DNA of 64,000 nucleotides from an uncultured Chthonomonadaceae bacterium (GCA_963817895.1 CAWFQB010000006.1:64001-128000); one strand, 5' to 3'. Numbered from the stretch's first letter, positions 40,939 through 51,791 are shown. Numbers and translations are program-made. The notes: generated by a model not told the origin, from the letters alone.

Positions 40939-41100
40939 TTTTTGCCAGGGGTTGAAAACCCCTGTCTTTATGGCCTGCGGCGTAGGGACATAACTTGTTA
41001 TGTCCTCTTACGCACGCAGGAATCGGTAAACAACGGATTGCGTCCGAAGGGCGCTTGGCGGAACGCCACTCAGACGGGTATTTTCAATGCCCGGCAAAAA
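40939..41100. repeat. REPIN-like composite palindromic element sharing the three-hairpin core of the MITE
   Basis: Inverted ends TTTTTGCCAGGGGTTGAAAACCCCTG and CGGGTATTTTCAATGCCCGGCAAAAA; internal GTAGGGACATAAC-TT-GTTATGTCC; core 41038-41095 is homologous to 8933-8992. Confidence 0.7.
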
Positions 41101-41129
41101 TGTTTGATAATGAAACCTCTTTACAAACC

Positions 41130-41939
41130 CTATCTGGCAGCAATCTCATCCACCTGAACAATACGATCCATCGCCTGATAGGTATCATCGGACAGGCGTT
41201 CGCGGCGTTCTGTCGGGTTGGACGCAGGAGTTGGCGCATACGGCGTCAGCGTCCGAAAGGCGAGGACGCGATAGCCGACCGCGCCGGGATTACGCACATA
41301 CGCGCGTCCCGATGAGAATGCGCCCCGATACGCTACCCGCGTCAGGCGGGCGGGCGTACTCGTAGATAGTATCTGCGTCGTTACCTGTACCTGCTGTGGC
41401 ACGGCTTCTGCGCCGTACAGACGGATTTCCAGCCGTTCCCCCTGCGTTTTCGCCTGTATCCGTAGCGGCCACGGGTAGGGGTTACGAAAGCGCAGGTCTA
41501 TGCTGCGTTGCGCGACTGCCGCGTCCTGACCGGGCGGAACGTAGTGCGGCGCGAATACATGCGGATGCCGTTCTACAATCGGCAAACCGGCAAGCAGCGC
41601 GACGTTGTACAGCGTGGTAGAGGTCTGACATACCCCGCCGCCATACGCCTTAATGAGTTCCCCGTCGAAACTCACCGGCGCTTTCACAAACCCCTGATCG
41701 GCAGACCACGATTTCACGGCTGCGTTAAACGAGAAAACCGCATTGGGCGCGATGATTTTGCCGTTCAGCGCGTCCGCCGCCTTTTGCGCGTTGTGCCGCT
41801 GGCTATTGGTACGCCCCTTCAAACTGGTTGCGTACCCTGCCATTTCCACCTCCTGCGGCATCGGCGTCGCGCCCATTCCCCAAAACACGCCCCCACCTAC
41901 CCCAAGCAGCAAGACAATGGCGACCGCTTCTTTCTTCAT
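41130..41939 (-). CDS. VanW family protein
   Basis: N-terminal TM, R.HN...AA..LNG.II.P..VFSFN, GGGVCQTSTTLYN, ERHPH..YVPPGQDAAV, DLRFRN. Confidence 0.92.
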   Translation of the reverse strand: MKKEAVAIVLLLGVGGGVFWGMGATPMPQEVEMAGYATSLKGRTNSQRHNAQKAADALNGKIIAPNAVFSFNAAVKSWSADQGFVKAPVSFDGELIKAYGGGVCQTSTTLYNVALLAGLPIVERHPHVFAPHYVPPGQDAAVAQRSIDLRFRNPYPWPLRIQAKTQGERLEIRLYGAEAVPQQVQVTTQILSTSTPARLTRVAYRGAFSSGRAYVRNPGAVGYRVLAFRTLTPYAPTPASNPTERRERLSDDTYQAMDRIVQVDEIAAR

Positions 41940-44900
41940 CTTATCTCCACCTTCGTTTCCGCCGTTTCCGCTTTTTGTTCCGGGGTGTACATGGCTTGCA
42001 GCAGGGTCGGCAGGGCGCGGTACGTTCCGGGCGTTTGGGCGCGGAGATTGTACTCGAGGACGTGCTGACCGGCGGACAGCGAACGGGCGAAGAAGGCTAT
42101 CCGGTCGTCGCGCACATCTATGCTGGACCACCAGTAGTTCCAATCCGTGACCTCTTCCGCGTTACCCCGTTCCGAAACTTCACAGCCTGCCGGGAACGGG
42201 TCTTCAATCAGCACATACGACATATCGCGCGGCACGTTCAGGGTCAGGCGCACTCGAATATGGTCGCCGGTTTGCATGGTGTTATGCGTTGCTTCAGTTT
42301 TTACTTTCCACGGTTCGTCATTCGCCTGCTTTGTCGCAACGCGCAAATACTCCCGCGTAACGCTGAGTTTGCCCGTTGTTATGGCGGGCAGTTCCTCGCC
42401 GCTGACGGTTTCGCGCAGTTGCACCGCGTAGAAGATCGGGCTGTTGCCTCCCGTTCGCGTCAGGGTGATGTCGTTCTTGTCGGCGCGAAGTTGCGAAGCC
42501 GGAACGCGCAATACAATCTCTTTTTCGCGCAGGTTGTTTTCTGTCAGGGTTACGGCCTGCCATGCTTTACCGTTGACTTGTACCTGTACCTGCCCGCCCG
42601 CCGAGTAGTTCGGCTGCGTTTTCAGGTAGTCCGCAAGAGCGGACAATACCCATGACGTATCCCGCGTGCTGCCCCAATACTGGTCTGTTCGCTTCGTCAT
42701 CAGCCAGCGCAGGGTCGGCACAACGCGCTTGTCGGCGGGGTTACGGGCCAGCATCACCCGAAACGCCATTGCGGTTGCCGTCAGGTCGTCGCGGTTTTCG
42801 CTGTTGCGAATCCTGCCAGTGCAGCATCTCATCCTGATGCGTAGCTTTGCCGTCCAGCCAATGCGCCGCAGTACCGCTATCCTTTTGCAGCAAGCTGTCC
42901 GTCAGGGTCACATACGCGAGATTTTCTGCGGACATACCCGGAAGTGATAGCCGCCCGCGCCATTTGGCAACCTCTTTCTTCTCCCCCGCCAACGCCAGTC
43001 CGTACATCAGGAACGGCAATTGATCGGCCTTGCACCGATTCAGCAGTTTCACGCCCGCGTCGCGTCCCGTTTTCAAGACGCGGTCGCTAACCGGATAGCC
43101 GTCCGCCCGCGCTTCCGCCAGTCCGAGCAGCACGTAGCCCGTCATCCACGGATCGTCCGGGTCGTGTTCCCACCAGCCCCATGCTCCGCTCGGATGCTGG
43201 AAGCGGTACAAACGCTGCAAGCCCTCCCGCACCATTTTGGGCAGTTCCCTTGTTCGGCGCGTTTCCGCCTCATTGAGCGTCAATCCGCGCTGTTTCAGAA
43301 CCTGCTGTACCCGCAAATCCGGCAAAACGCGGCTCAAGGTTTGTTCCACGCAGCCATACGGATAGCCAATGAGATAGTCCAGACTGCCTGACAGGGAACT
43401 CGCAACGGAAGGCGTCAGGCGAACCGTGACATGGCTCAGTTCAGGAACCGCGTTCGCGTCCAGCCGAATCACTTCCGTTTCGGGATGTTCTGAGGTCAAT
43501 TGCCCCGCGAACGCTTTGTAATCCTCGCGCCCATGCGGTCGTATCGGCAGCGTGGTTTCCAGTCCGTCCGTGTACTGTCGCGCCGTTCCCTCTTTGGGCG
43601 TCCACGCGGTTACTTTCAGCTTGGCTTCGCCGTAACCGTTGGCGGTCACAGGCCACGACGCTTCCGCATGTCCGCCCGGTGGCAGCGTCAGGGTTTGTGT
43701 TTCATCGCCTCCAGCCGTCAGATTATCCGCGCGCAAACGAACCAGAGCCGTTTGCGCTACGCCCGTCTCATTGTGAACAATCGCAACCACGCGCGATTGA
43801 TCCGTTTGCGTCAGGGAACGCGGCGTTTGCAGCCGCACATAAAAGTCCTTTGTGACCAGAACTTTATCCACGCCGCGCCCGATTTTCGTATCCAGCGTGT
43901 TGGCAGTCGCTGTCGCCCGCCACGTTGTCAGATTGTCGGGAAGCGTAAATGACACGGTTGCCTTGCCCTGCGCGTCCGTTTGCAGGTTCGGGTTCCAATA
44001 CGCCGTATCGGGAAACTTTTTGCGGGTTTCGATCTTCGGCTCGGCCTTGTCCGCATCCCCCAGATACTCGACCGCGAACGAGTAACTCGTAGACACCTGA
44101 TTACTCCGGCGTGGATAAAACGCCTGCTGCATCGCTTTCGGATTGTCTTCCCGCAACGCGTAAATCGCCTCATCCACCACGCCGAACGACAACTCACATG
44201 GAACCGCCTTCCCCGCCGCGTCCGTCGTCTGAATTGTGTAGGTTATCTTATCCTCCGGCGCGTAGCGAGGAAGGGATGAGGGATGAGGGATGAGGGATGA
44301 AGCCGCCCCTTGTATCTTCTCCTCTTCTCCTTTTCTCCTTTTCTCCTTTTCTTCCCTGTCCGCCGTCACCGTCACCTTCACGTCACTGTTCGGCATGAGG
44401 ACGCGCAGGGGAGTTTCGCTCTGCGCGAAGTGCTTGTTCTGGACGTAGCAGGCGGCGAGGAAGACATTGGGGCCGTATTCGGCGCGAATGGGAACACGGA
44501 CAACGGTGCTGCGCGAGTGAATGGGAACCGTCATCACGCGCTGCACTTTTTCGCCCTCAATCGTCAGCAGAACCGTTTGGCCTAAATGCGACGTGTTGAG
44601 CAGGACGCGGGCCGTGTCGCCGGGCTTGTAATGCCGCTTGTCCGTGAGCAGGGAAAGGTCGTCATACGTGGTATCGAGTTCCCCGCCCTGATCGCTTGCC
44701 GCCCACAGATTGGCGCGGCCAAGCACCAGATGCCGTGACGCATCATACGCCCGCACTTTCAGCGAGAGCGTTCCGGCGCGTGGCGGCGTAATGGGCAACA
44801 CCATACGCCCATCCCCACCCGTGACGCCGTTCTGTAAGCCAATTTTCTTGTAGGCGTATTTGTCGTTCTGCCAGTGTTCAAAACCCGTTTCCAGACTGAA

Positions 44901-47010
44901 CGGCTGATTTGGTATCGGCTTGCCGTCGAAATCCTGCGCGGATACGACAACGTTCGTCACCTGTCCCGGCGCGGCAACGTAGCCGTCGGGCGTGACGGTC
45001 AATCGGAACGCGCCCCGCGTCACCCGCGCTTCTCCCGTCGCTTCCACTTCCCGGTCTTGCCCCTCAATCACGGTCGCGCTCAGGGTATACACTTCCTCCT
45101 GCGGACCTCTCTCTTCGGCGTTGCTGTCCTCCGCCGCATCCTCTTGCGCAGTGGTTTTCTCGTGGCGTCGGGCGCGTTCAGCCTGTTTGCGCTGTTTCGG
45201 GTCTTCGGCTGCGAACTCTATGACGGCCTTACCGTTCTCATCCAGCGTGATTGTGCCGTCTTTCGCCGTCGAGCCGTAATAGTTATCAACGCGGAATGTT
45301 CTGAAATCCCGACCACTCTTCCTCTTCGCCGTTCGCGTCCGCGTCCGCTTCGTACTCTGATTGCCAATCGGGGGACGAGTACACGCTGTATCGCACTTTC
45401 GCGCCCGCAACCGGCGCGCCGAAGAAGAATTTGCCCTCGACAGTCATGCGGACGGTTTCGCCCCGCGTATAGGTTTTCTTGTCCGGGGTCACGGTCACGG
45501 CGTATTCCGGCTTGTGGTACGAGGCGACATAAATGTCTTCGGTATGTTCCGTTCCCGCAATATTCATGACCAGCGTGTATACGCCCGTTGCCGCCTCCTT
45601 GAGCAAATCCGCCTGCCCGAAGAACGCGCCGTAAGCGTTGGTGACGTACCGCTGTTCCACAATACGCTCACCGCTCTTGTCGCGGATTTCCACGTCAACG
45701 GGCTGCCCGACCGGAACCGTATAGCGCGGCGCGTTACTCGAATCCGGCGCGTCCCATGAACCTGCCGCCGCCTTGTAATCCACTTCGCGTCGTTTCCGCG
45801 CAATGCCCTTGAAGGAGATACGCTGACCGGGACGATAAACCGTTCTATCCGTGTAGGCATGTACCACGTAAGCGTTGTTCTTCTCGTCATTCGTGGCGTT
45901 GCGCTGCACGACCGCCTCATCATCGCCCCTGAGCGCGACCGTCATCAGGCGAGTCGAGGCGGAAACTTCACTTTCTCCCAGATTGGGAACGCTGTACTGC
46001 GCCACGCCCTGCGCGTCCGTTCTGCCGCTTGCCACCACGCGCCCGTTCCGATACGTCCGTACTTCGCTTCCGGCAATCGGCGTTCCGCTCTGCATGTCGG
46101 CGGCAAAAGCCACTAACTGCGATTTTGCCCGCTTCACGATCAGGCCGGTATCCGTGACCAGCAGCCACGAACAAACGGTCTTTTTCGCGTGTTCAATATC
46201 CAGCAGGTACAGGCCCGTTCGGGCGGGCAGGCCAAGTTTCGGCAGGTCAATCTGCTGATAGAAAAAGCCCTCCCTATCCGCCGTGTTGATGGCAAGGTCA
46301 CGAGTAAACAGCAGGTTGGGCGGCGAAGCCAGTTTGGGATGCAGCAGGGCAGCGGGCAGGTTCGGCGTCTGGTCGGTTCCCCGCGCTACCTCCTCCAATG
46401 CGCCCGCCGCCTTCTCATCCTTCAAGATGTTAGACAGCCGGGTTTGGAACACGCGCAGGCGCATGGTGTCCGGGCTGGGCGGCACAGCCAGAACCTTGTC
46501 GCTGTCCACATAGCCGCTGACAGAAATACGCGTTTTTTCTTTCGTGCCGAACACGCGCTGATGCTGCTTGATCTCCAGTTCAGCCTCGTTGCGAGTCAGG
46601 TACAGCGTGAGTTGCGTCGTCTTACCCTCCAGAGTGTAAACGCTGGCATCTTTCGCCGTATGCGCCCGTGTGCTTGCCGTGACATCGTACTCGCCTTCTG
46701 GCACATTGACAAGCGAAAATCGTCCCTCCGCATTGGTCACGGCGCGGCGCATAGGCCGGTCATCGCGATCCGGTCCCGTCGGCTGCAAATAGATATGAAC
46801 GCCCGCCATAGGACGATGCAAATCCGCCAGCAGAATCTGCCCTTCGATCTTGCCAACCGGCGTCTCGTTCCCCACCATATACCGGAACGCCCAGCCCAGC
46901 GCGAGAACGGCGAGAACAAGCGAAACGGCAGTTGACAGTTGATAGTTGATAGTTGATAGGGAATTTACTTTTCCCTTTTCCCTTTTCCCTTTTCCCTCGT
47001 CTTGTCTCAT
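41936..47010 (-). CDS. Bacterial alpha-2-macroglobulin with N-terminal TM and carboxypeptidase-regulatory-like domain (frameshifts ~45290 and ~42800)
   Basis: YTDRTVYRPGQ, RKKFPDTAYW, LPDNLTTWR, thioester YPYGCVEQ, GAWGWW, EDPFPAGCE, AMYTPE. Confidence 0.92.
44272..44357. repeat. Chimeric repeat element within A2M: (AAAAGGAG)n + (TCATCCC)n on the coding strand
   Basis: Translates as EEKEKRRKGEEEKIQGAASSLIPHPSSL between VTADR and PRYAP. Confidence 0.85.
46930..46997. repeat. Chimeric repeat element at the A2M N-terminus: (GGGAAAA)4 + (CTATCAA)n
   Basis: Translates as GKGKREKGKVNSLSTINYQLST. Confidence 0.85.
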
Positions 47011-48785
47011 TTCGCGCCTCCCTTCAGCAACGTTTCAGACGAGCGGCGCGAACGTCCAGCCAAACTGCCGATGAAGAGCAGGGCGGCAACAATACCGGTA
47101 AGGTAGGTGAGCAGGCGCGTTTTGTCTGTTCGGGCCATGAGCGTGACGGGGAGGACATGCGCTGTCCATTGCGCCACTGCCAGCCCCATGCCAAGCGCGA
47201 ACAATCCAATCAGCCATTCGCTCGGCACGGATCGAAAGCCCTCCAATTCCGTCTCTTCACGCCCTTGCCCACGTCCCGAACCATCCCCGATCACCGTCGC
47301 CAACGCCAGCCCGAAGAACAGGCACAGTAAACATTTGGTTCCAAACAACATCAGCAACAGCGCAGGAACAAACAGCAGCAACACGCCCGCGATGAGCATA
47401 CGGAGAAGGGTGGTTGGTGTTCGGTGTTCGGTATTCGGTGTTAGGTCTTCCCCTGACCCCTGACCCCTGACCTCTGACCCCTGATACTGCGCCAGTGCCG
47501 CCGGAGTGGCCGCGCCGACGATGAAGCCGAGCAGAGCGTAGTGGTCGGGCAGGAGGACGTTTTGCAGGTCATCGTGGTAGCGTACCTGAAACAGGCGGTA
47601 CAGCAGGAGGAGGGTTCCGAACAACAGCAGGCGCAGGAGTTCCGAGGGAACCGTCAGGACAGATGCGGGAGAGAGTTCGGCTGTAGCAGGGGCTGCGTTG
47701 CTTCCCTGCGCGCCAATTAAGGCCATGCCCATTGTCAGCCACGCGCCGAGCAGCATGATCGCGACGCCCACGCCGGACAGCATTTGAAACGCCACCATAC
47801 CCGCCGCCATCATCACAAGGGTTGGCAGGGCCATGCGCTGCCAGCCTCCGTTGCCGCCATTTGCAGCAGATCGCGCTTGACCGGCAAGCATCCACCATGC
47901 CAGCCCGCTTGCCGCAATCCCCATGCCGAGCAGTCGAAAGATATTGGGCTGCGCCCATATTCGATGCCCGAATTGCGTTCCCAAAGCCATAAATAGCAGA
48001 CTGCCGATCAGCCAGCGCAGTATAGCCGGGGCCGATTGTCGCGCGGATTCACTTTTCAGAGAAGAGGAAACGCGCAGCAGCAAATTCGCTCCCGGCAACT
48101 GGCGCAGCAGGGTTGGGGGCAGGGCGCACAATAATAGCGTGAATACCATGAAAGCGGCCAACAGCAGCAGGGGCGCGCTCCACGGAACGCCGACCAGACT
48201 GTTCCCAACGCGCGCGTTGCCGCCCAATTCGCCAACCGCCCCCACTGCGCACAAGGTTGACACGAACCCGGTTCCCGCTGCCAGAGTCAGTCCGGCAAAT
48301 CGGCTTGCGCTACGCGCCGCGTTGATACCCGCCAGCAGAAGTAATGTAGATGCCAGCCAGCCCACAGCAACGCCAAACAGCGCGTCTACCACCACGTTCC
48401 GCAGCCAGATCAATGGAATGGCGACGGTAACAAGGCCAATGGCGAACGGCATCACCGCGCTTATGGCATTACGCGCCTCGTCCGTTCCTTCCACTTCATC
48501 CTCATGCCAACTTCGGGCAACCGCCCACGTTGTCAGCAATGCGCCCATACATCCTAAATATAATCCGCATCCCAACCCTTGCCCGTCGGCAAATGGCGGA
48601 TGCTTAAAAATCACGGCGATAAATGCTATGAACAGTACGATGACCGGCGCTATGCGATACGGCACAGGCAGCCACTCCGCCATCTTCTGTATCGGATTTG
48701 AGGTTTGGCGCGACGCGAGCAGCAGGCTGCACACCCACGCCACCACGCCCAACGCCAACGCGCTGAAATACAAACTGCGTTCCAT
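47007..48785 (-). CDS. Polytopic membrane protein of unknown function, first gene of the A2M-VanW operon
   Basis: 592 aa with many TM helices; ATGA overlap with A2M. Confidence 0.8.
   Translation of the reverse strand: MERSLYFSALALGVVAWVCSLLLASRQTSNPIQKMAEWLPVPYRIAPVIVLFIAFIAVIFKHPPFADGQGLGCGLYLGCMGALLTTWAVARSWHEDEVEGTDEARNAISAVMPFAIGLVTVAIPLIWLRNVVVDALFGVAVGWLASTLLLLAGINAARSASRFAGLTLAAGTGFVSTLCAVGAVGELGGNARVGNSLVGVPWSAPLLLLAAFMVFTLLLCALPPTLLRQLPGANLLLRVSSSLKSESARQSAPAILRWLIGSLLFMALGTQFGHRIWAQPNIFRLLGMGIAASGLAWWMLAGQARSAANGGNGGWQRMALPTLVMMAAGMVAFQMLSGVGVAIMLLGAWLTMGMALIGAQGSNAAPATAELSPASVLTVPSELLRLLLFGTLLLLYRLFQVRYHDDLQNVLLPDHYALLGFIVGAATPAALAQYQGSEVRGQGSGEDLTPNTEHRTPTTLLRMLIAGVLLLFVPALLLMLFGTKCLLCLFFGLALATVIGDGSGRGQGREETELEGFRSVPSEWLIGLFALGMGLAVAQWTAHVLPVTLMARTDKTRLLTYLTGIVAALLFIGSLAGRSRRSSETLLKGGAK
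47412..47484. repeat. Chimeric repeat element in the membrane protein: (CAGGGGT)n + (CCGAACA)n
   Basis: Translates as QGSEVRGQGSGEDLTPNTEHRTPT in a loop. Confidence 0.85.
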
Positions 48786-49398
48786 GTTCGATTTTTCTCC
48801 TTCAAGAGGAACACGCGCAAAGGCACAGTGGAAATTTCACTTCAGGAAGTGAGGCAGACGTGGCGAAGCGCCGCCACCGCAAGCGCGAGTCCACGGAGGA
48901 TCCGGCGCGAACGGACGCGGGCAAATTGAAAAACAGGAACGCAGAGTAACGGCAATGCGAGAGAAGAGAGCGATATTCATCCGAAAGTCGGAGAAAGCGC
49001 GGGAAGCGAACCGAACCTCAACCAGCGTCGTCAGGGACACCAGACGATCACAGCGCGACGCGAAACGTCGAACCATTCTCTGACAAACGAGCCTTTCTCA
49101 GGGGAAGCGCGTATTTTCCGCGACTACGGAAAATGGGTATTCGCGCTGTGCCAGTGGTGACACAAAAGCGGCAAAGCGAAGGGGCAAACAGGCAACAACG
49201 CCTGCTATTTGTTCTTCATCATCGTTGTACGAAGCGATCTGTAAAATGGTTTCAGCAACTTCGCGCCCTCGCAAAAAATATGCAAATTCTATCATTGAAG
49301 CCGCCGCGCCGCCCGAACCTGCCGCGCCCGCCCCGCTGTTTTCGCCGGATAGGGGCGATCCCGAATCGTCCCTGCCGCCTGCGACTGTCGCCGGCTAA

Positions 49399-49500
49399 GA
49401 GCTTATCCCAATAGGCGATTGCATTTGCGTCCGAAGGACGCTTGGCCGCAGGCCACTCAGACGGGTACGTTCTTTGTACCCGGCCTGTTGGGATAGGCTC
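49399..49500. mobile_element. 102-bp MITE, copy 2
   Basis: Same length as 8907-9008 with 3 substitutions, all in the TIRs; left flank TAA, right flank TGG. Confidence 0.85.
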
Positions 49501-49602
49501 TGGAGAAATCTGATACTTAAAGAAAAGCCCCTCCCCTGGCGCGTTGCGCGGCAAGGAGAGGGGTGTTCTTCCCTACGGGTGGACGCCCGGGGTCAGGTAT
49601 TT

Positions 49603-49821
49603 CTACGCTGTTGCCATGAGGGGCGCGACGTTGGAAGCCTGACGGCCTTTGGGCGTATCAATAGAAGAGTAGCTGACCTCCTGGCCTTCGCGCAGAGTCT
49701 TAAAGCCCTCCGTTTGTATCACGGAATAGTGGACGAACACGTCCACGCCATCTTCCGCCTCGATAAAGCCGTAGCCTTTGGCGTCATTAAACCACTTCAC
49801 TTTGCCTTTGGTGTCAACCAT
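49603..49821 (-). CDS. Cold-shock protein (CspA family)
   Basis: [38 protein letters not shown]. Confidence 0.95.
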   Translation of the reverse strand: MVDTKGKVKWFNDAKGYGFIEAEDGVDVFVHYSVIQTEGFKTLREGQEVSYSSIDTPKGRQASNVAPLMATA

Positions 49822-49979
49822 GATGTCGTTCTCCTACTTCAGCCCTCGACCGTTCGGGGGATACTGCGTGATGATGCGTGACAGGGATGTTAGACAGGAG
49901 CGCAACGGCGCGTTCCCGTCGTCCTTTCCTGCGCCTGAGCGCAGAGCAGACATTCGCGAATATGTCTAATTCTCTCAAT

Positions 49980-49996
49980 TGCATGAAGTGTGCCAA
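49980..49996 (-). promoter_or_regulatory. Candidate sigma54 (-24/-12) promoter upstream of csp
   Basis: Minus strand TTGGCAC-ACTTC-ATGCA. Confidence 0.4.
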
Positions 49997-50274
49997 ATAG
50001 CGCAAAAATGCAATTTCTACCAAAAATTTCGTAAATTTTTCAGTATAATGCCGACAATAAGGTAAAAATGCCGGTATGACAGGTGTTTGGAGTATCCTGA
50101 TAAAAAAACTGCGGGCGCGTAAGCCGTCTGCGCCTGCCTCCGGGGAGTACGACAACAATGGGGACGTGGGAATAGGGAATGGAATCAAAATTTCGCCGAA
50201 AGCGAATCTCCAAAACAAATTTCAGGTAAAATTAGGGATTGCGGAATTATAAGCATTTGCGTGTTGAATATCAC

Positions 50275-50303
50275 TTGACAGTCGGCGTAATCAGGTGTAC
50301 ACT
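50275..50303 (+). promoter_or_regulatory. Sigma70 promoter of the RRM gene (~260-nt 5' leader)
   Basis: TTGACA-17-TACACT. Confidence 0.65.
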
Positions 50304-50570
50304 AGCATATCTGTTCGACGACATGAATGTTTGAAGAACCTTGCGGACGCATTGATGCCCTGAGAGCTTTGTTAGTCTCGTTGCGCTGGTTGCTTCCCGG
50401 CTCCTTCTGCTCTTTCCTGCCGCCTGTTCCAGATCGTGAAGATACAGACAGGCTTCACGTGTTTATCCCGCTGCTGTTATCCGATTTCGGGCCGGCGGCA
50501 TGTTATCGTTTCCCTATGATCCGCAACGGCCAATGCGCCGCGCGCGGGCAGGGAAGAAGGACCATTTCAG

Positions 50571-50981
50571 ATGGGAACGCGCATCTATGTAGGCGGTCTG
50601 CCGTATTCCACGACGGACGCTGACCTCGAAAGTCTGTTCAGCGCCTCGGGTACGGTATCTTCGGCCAGCGTCGTCACAGACAAGTACACGGGCCAGTCCA
50701 AAGGCTTCGGCTTTGTGGAAATGAGCACGGACGGGGAGGCCCAGGCGGCCATTTCCGCCCTGAACGGCACTCTGATGGGTGGTCGCACGCTCACGGTCAA
50801 CGAAGCGCGCCCGCGCGAAGAGCGTTCGGGCGGCGGCGGTTATGGCGGTGGCGGCGGTGGTGGTCGCAGCGGTGGCGGCGGCTATGGCGGCGGCAGTGGC
50901 GGTGGCTACGGTGGCGGTGGCGGCGGCGGACGTGATCGCGGCGGCTATGGCGGCGGTGGTGGCGGACGCGACCGTTACTAA
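50571..50981 (+). CDS. RRM RNA-binding protein with Gly-rich tail (Rbp family)
   Basis: RNP2 IYVGGL, RNP1 KGFGFVEM, GR.L.VNEARP. Confidence 0.95.
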   Translation: MGTRIYVGGLPYSTTDADLESLFSASGTVSSASVVTDKYTGQSKGFGFVEMSTDGEAQAAISALNGTLMGGRTLTVNEARPREERSGGGGYGGGGGGGRSGGGGYGGGSGGGYGGGGGGGRDRGGYGGGGGGRDRY

Positions 50982-51004
50982 AGGTTCGACGGACCTGATT
51001 CAAT

Positions 51005-51053
51005 AAAGGGAGTTCCATCGGCTGTCAAATGCCGGTGGAACTCCTTTTCTTTC
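51005..51053 (+). terminator. Intrinsic terminator after the RRM gene
   Basis: GGAGTTCCATCGGC-loop-GCCGGTGGAACTCC followed by TTTTCTTT. Confidence 0.75.
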
Positions 51054-51093
51054 GTCTCACCATTCTGTATGCTCCTGACTGCCGGAAGGCGTT

Positions 51094-51534
51094 TCAGGCT
51101 CCTCCAGACGAACGGCGGTATGACGCGCATAGTCTTTTAATTGCAGGGCGCGTCCGTACAAGATGCAGCGCATTCTCGTCGGCAAGCAACGGCCACATCG
51201 TGCCGCGTTTGTTTGCGATTAGAAGCGCGTTGGCTTCCATCTCCGCGTCTTGGAACGCCAGCCACGCTGTTTGGGATTTGCGCAGGACGGCGCGGCGTTC
51301 GCCTGTCAACGCGCTCAGAAGCCGCTTGTAATCGCGGTTCATTTCCGCTTCCCACAGTTCGCGCGCTTTCAACGTCGCGTGGCGCATCCCCATTGTAGAA
51401 TGGTTTTGGGCAATAGCCTTGTCCAGCCACTTGTCGGCCGGGTATTTGGCCTCACCCGCCTGCGCTGAACCCGACGCGCCCAAACTATACAGCAGCGCCA
51501 TGCCTATCATGCAAACCGTTTGCCTGTTCCTCAT
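51094..51534 (-). CDS. LprI/DUF1311 lysozyme-inhibitor-like exported protein
   Basis: Signal peptide, STMGM......WEAEMNRDYKRL...L......LRKSQ.AWL.F.DAE. Confidence 0.8.
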   Translation of the reverse strand: MRNRQTVCMIGMALLYSLGASGSAQAGEAKYPADKWLDKAIAQNHSTMGMRHATLKARELWEAEMNRDYKRLLSALTGERRAVLRKSQTAWLAFQDAEMEANALLIANKRGTMWPLLADENALHLVRTRPAIKRLCASYRRSSGGA

Positions 51535-51584
51535 TATCGGCTCCTTGTAATTCCTGTCAGAATACCGCCAAAGACCCTCAATAT

Positions 51585-51626
51585 AAAACTCCCGCTGAAT
51601 CTGCGCGAGAGTCAGCGGGAGTTTTT
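51585..51626. terminator. Bidirectional terminator downstream of the tRNA operon
   Basis: AAAACTCCCGCTGA-loop-TCAGCGGGAGTTTTT. Confidence 0.75.
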
Positions 51627-51633
51627 AATTAAA

Positions 51634-51715
51634 TGCCGAGGACAGGACTTGAACCTGCAAGCCTTTTGAGCATACGCACCTCAAGCGTACGTGTCTGCCA
51701 TTTCACCACCTCGGC
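51634..51715 (-). tRNA. tRNA-Leu(GAG)
   Basis: GCCGAGG/CCTCGGC acceptor, anticodon arm TACGC-TTGAGGT-GCGTA, variable arm, GTTCAAGTCC T-loop. Confidence 0.95.
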
Positions 51716-51726
51716 GGGAACAAGAT

Positions 51727-51791
51727 AGTAGGGAGTAGGGAGTAGGGAGTAGTAAAATGTCCTACTCCCTACTCCCTGCCGCCTACTCCCT
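51727..51791. repeat. Inverted heptamer element (TAGGGAG)3 / (CTACTCC)n between the two tRNAs
   Basis: Same family as 40554-40642. Confidence 0.88.

Noticed and set aside
48837..49076. 79-aa ORF upstream of the A2M operon
   Set aside because: No motif or composition support; could be leader sequence, so it was not called.
49175..49210. c-di-GMP-I riboswitch-like GGGGCAAAC
   Set aside because: Lacks the GAAA tetraloop and GACGCAAAGC continuation, and is on the strand opposite the downstream operon.
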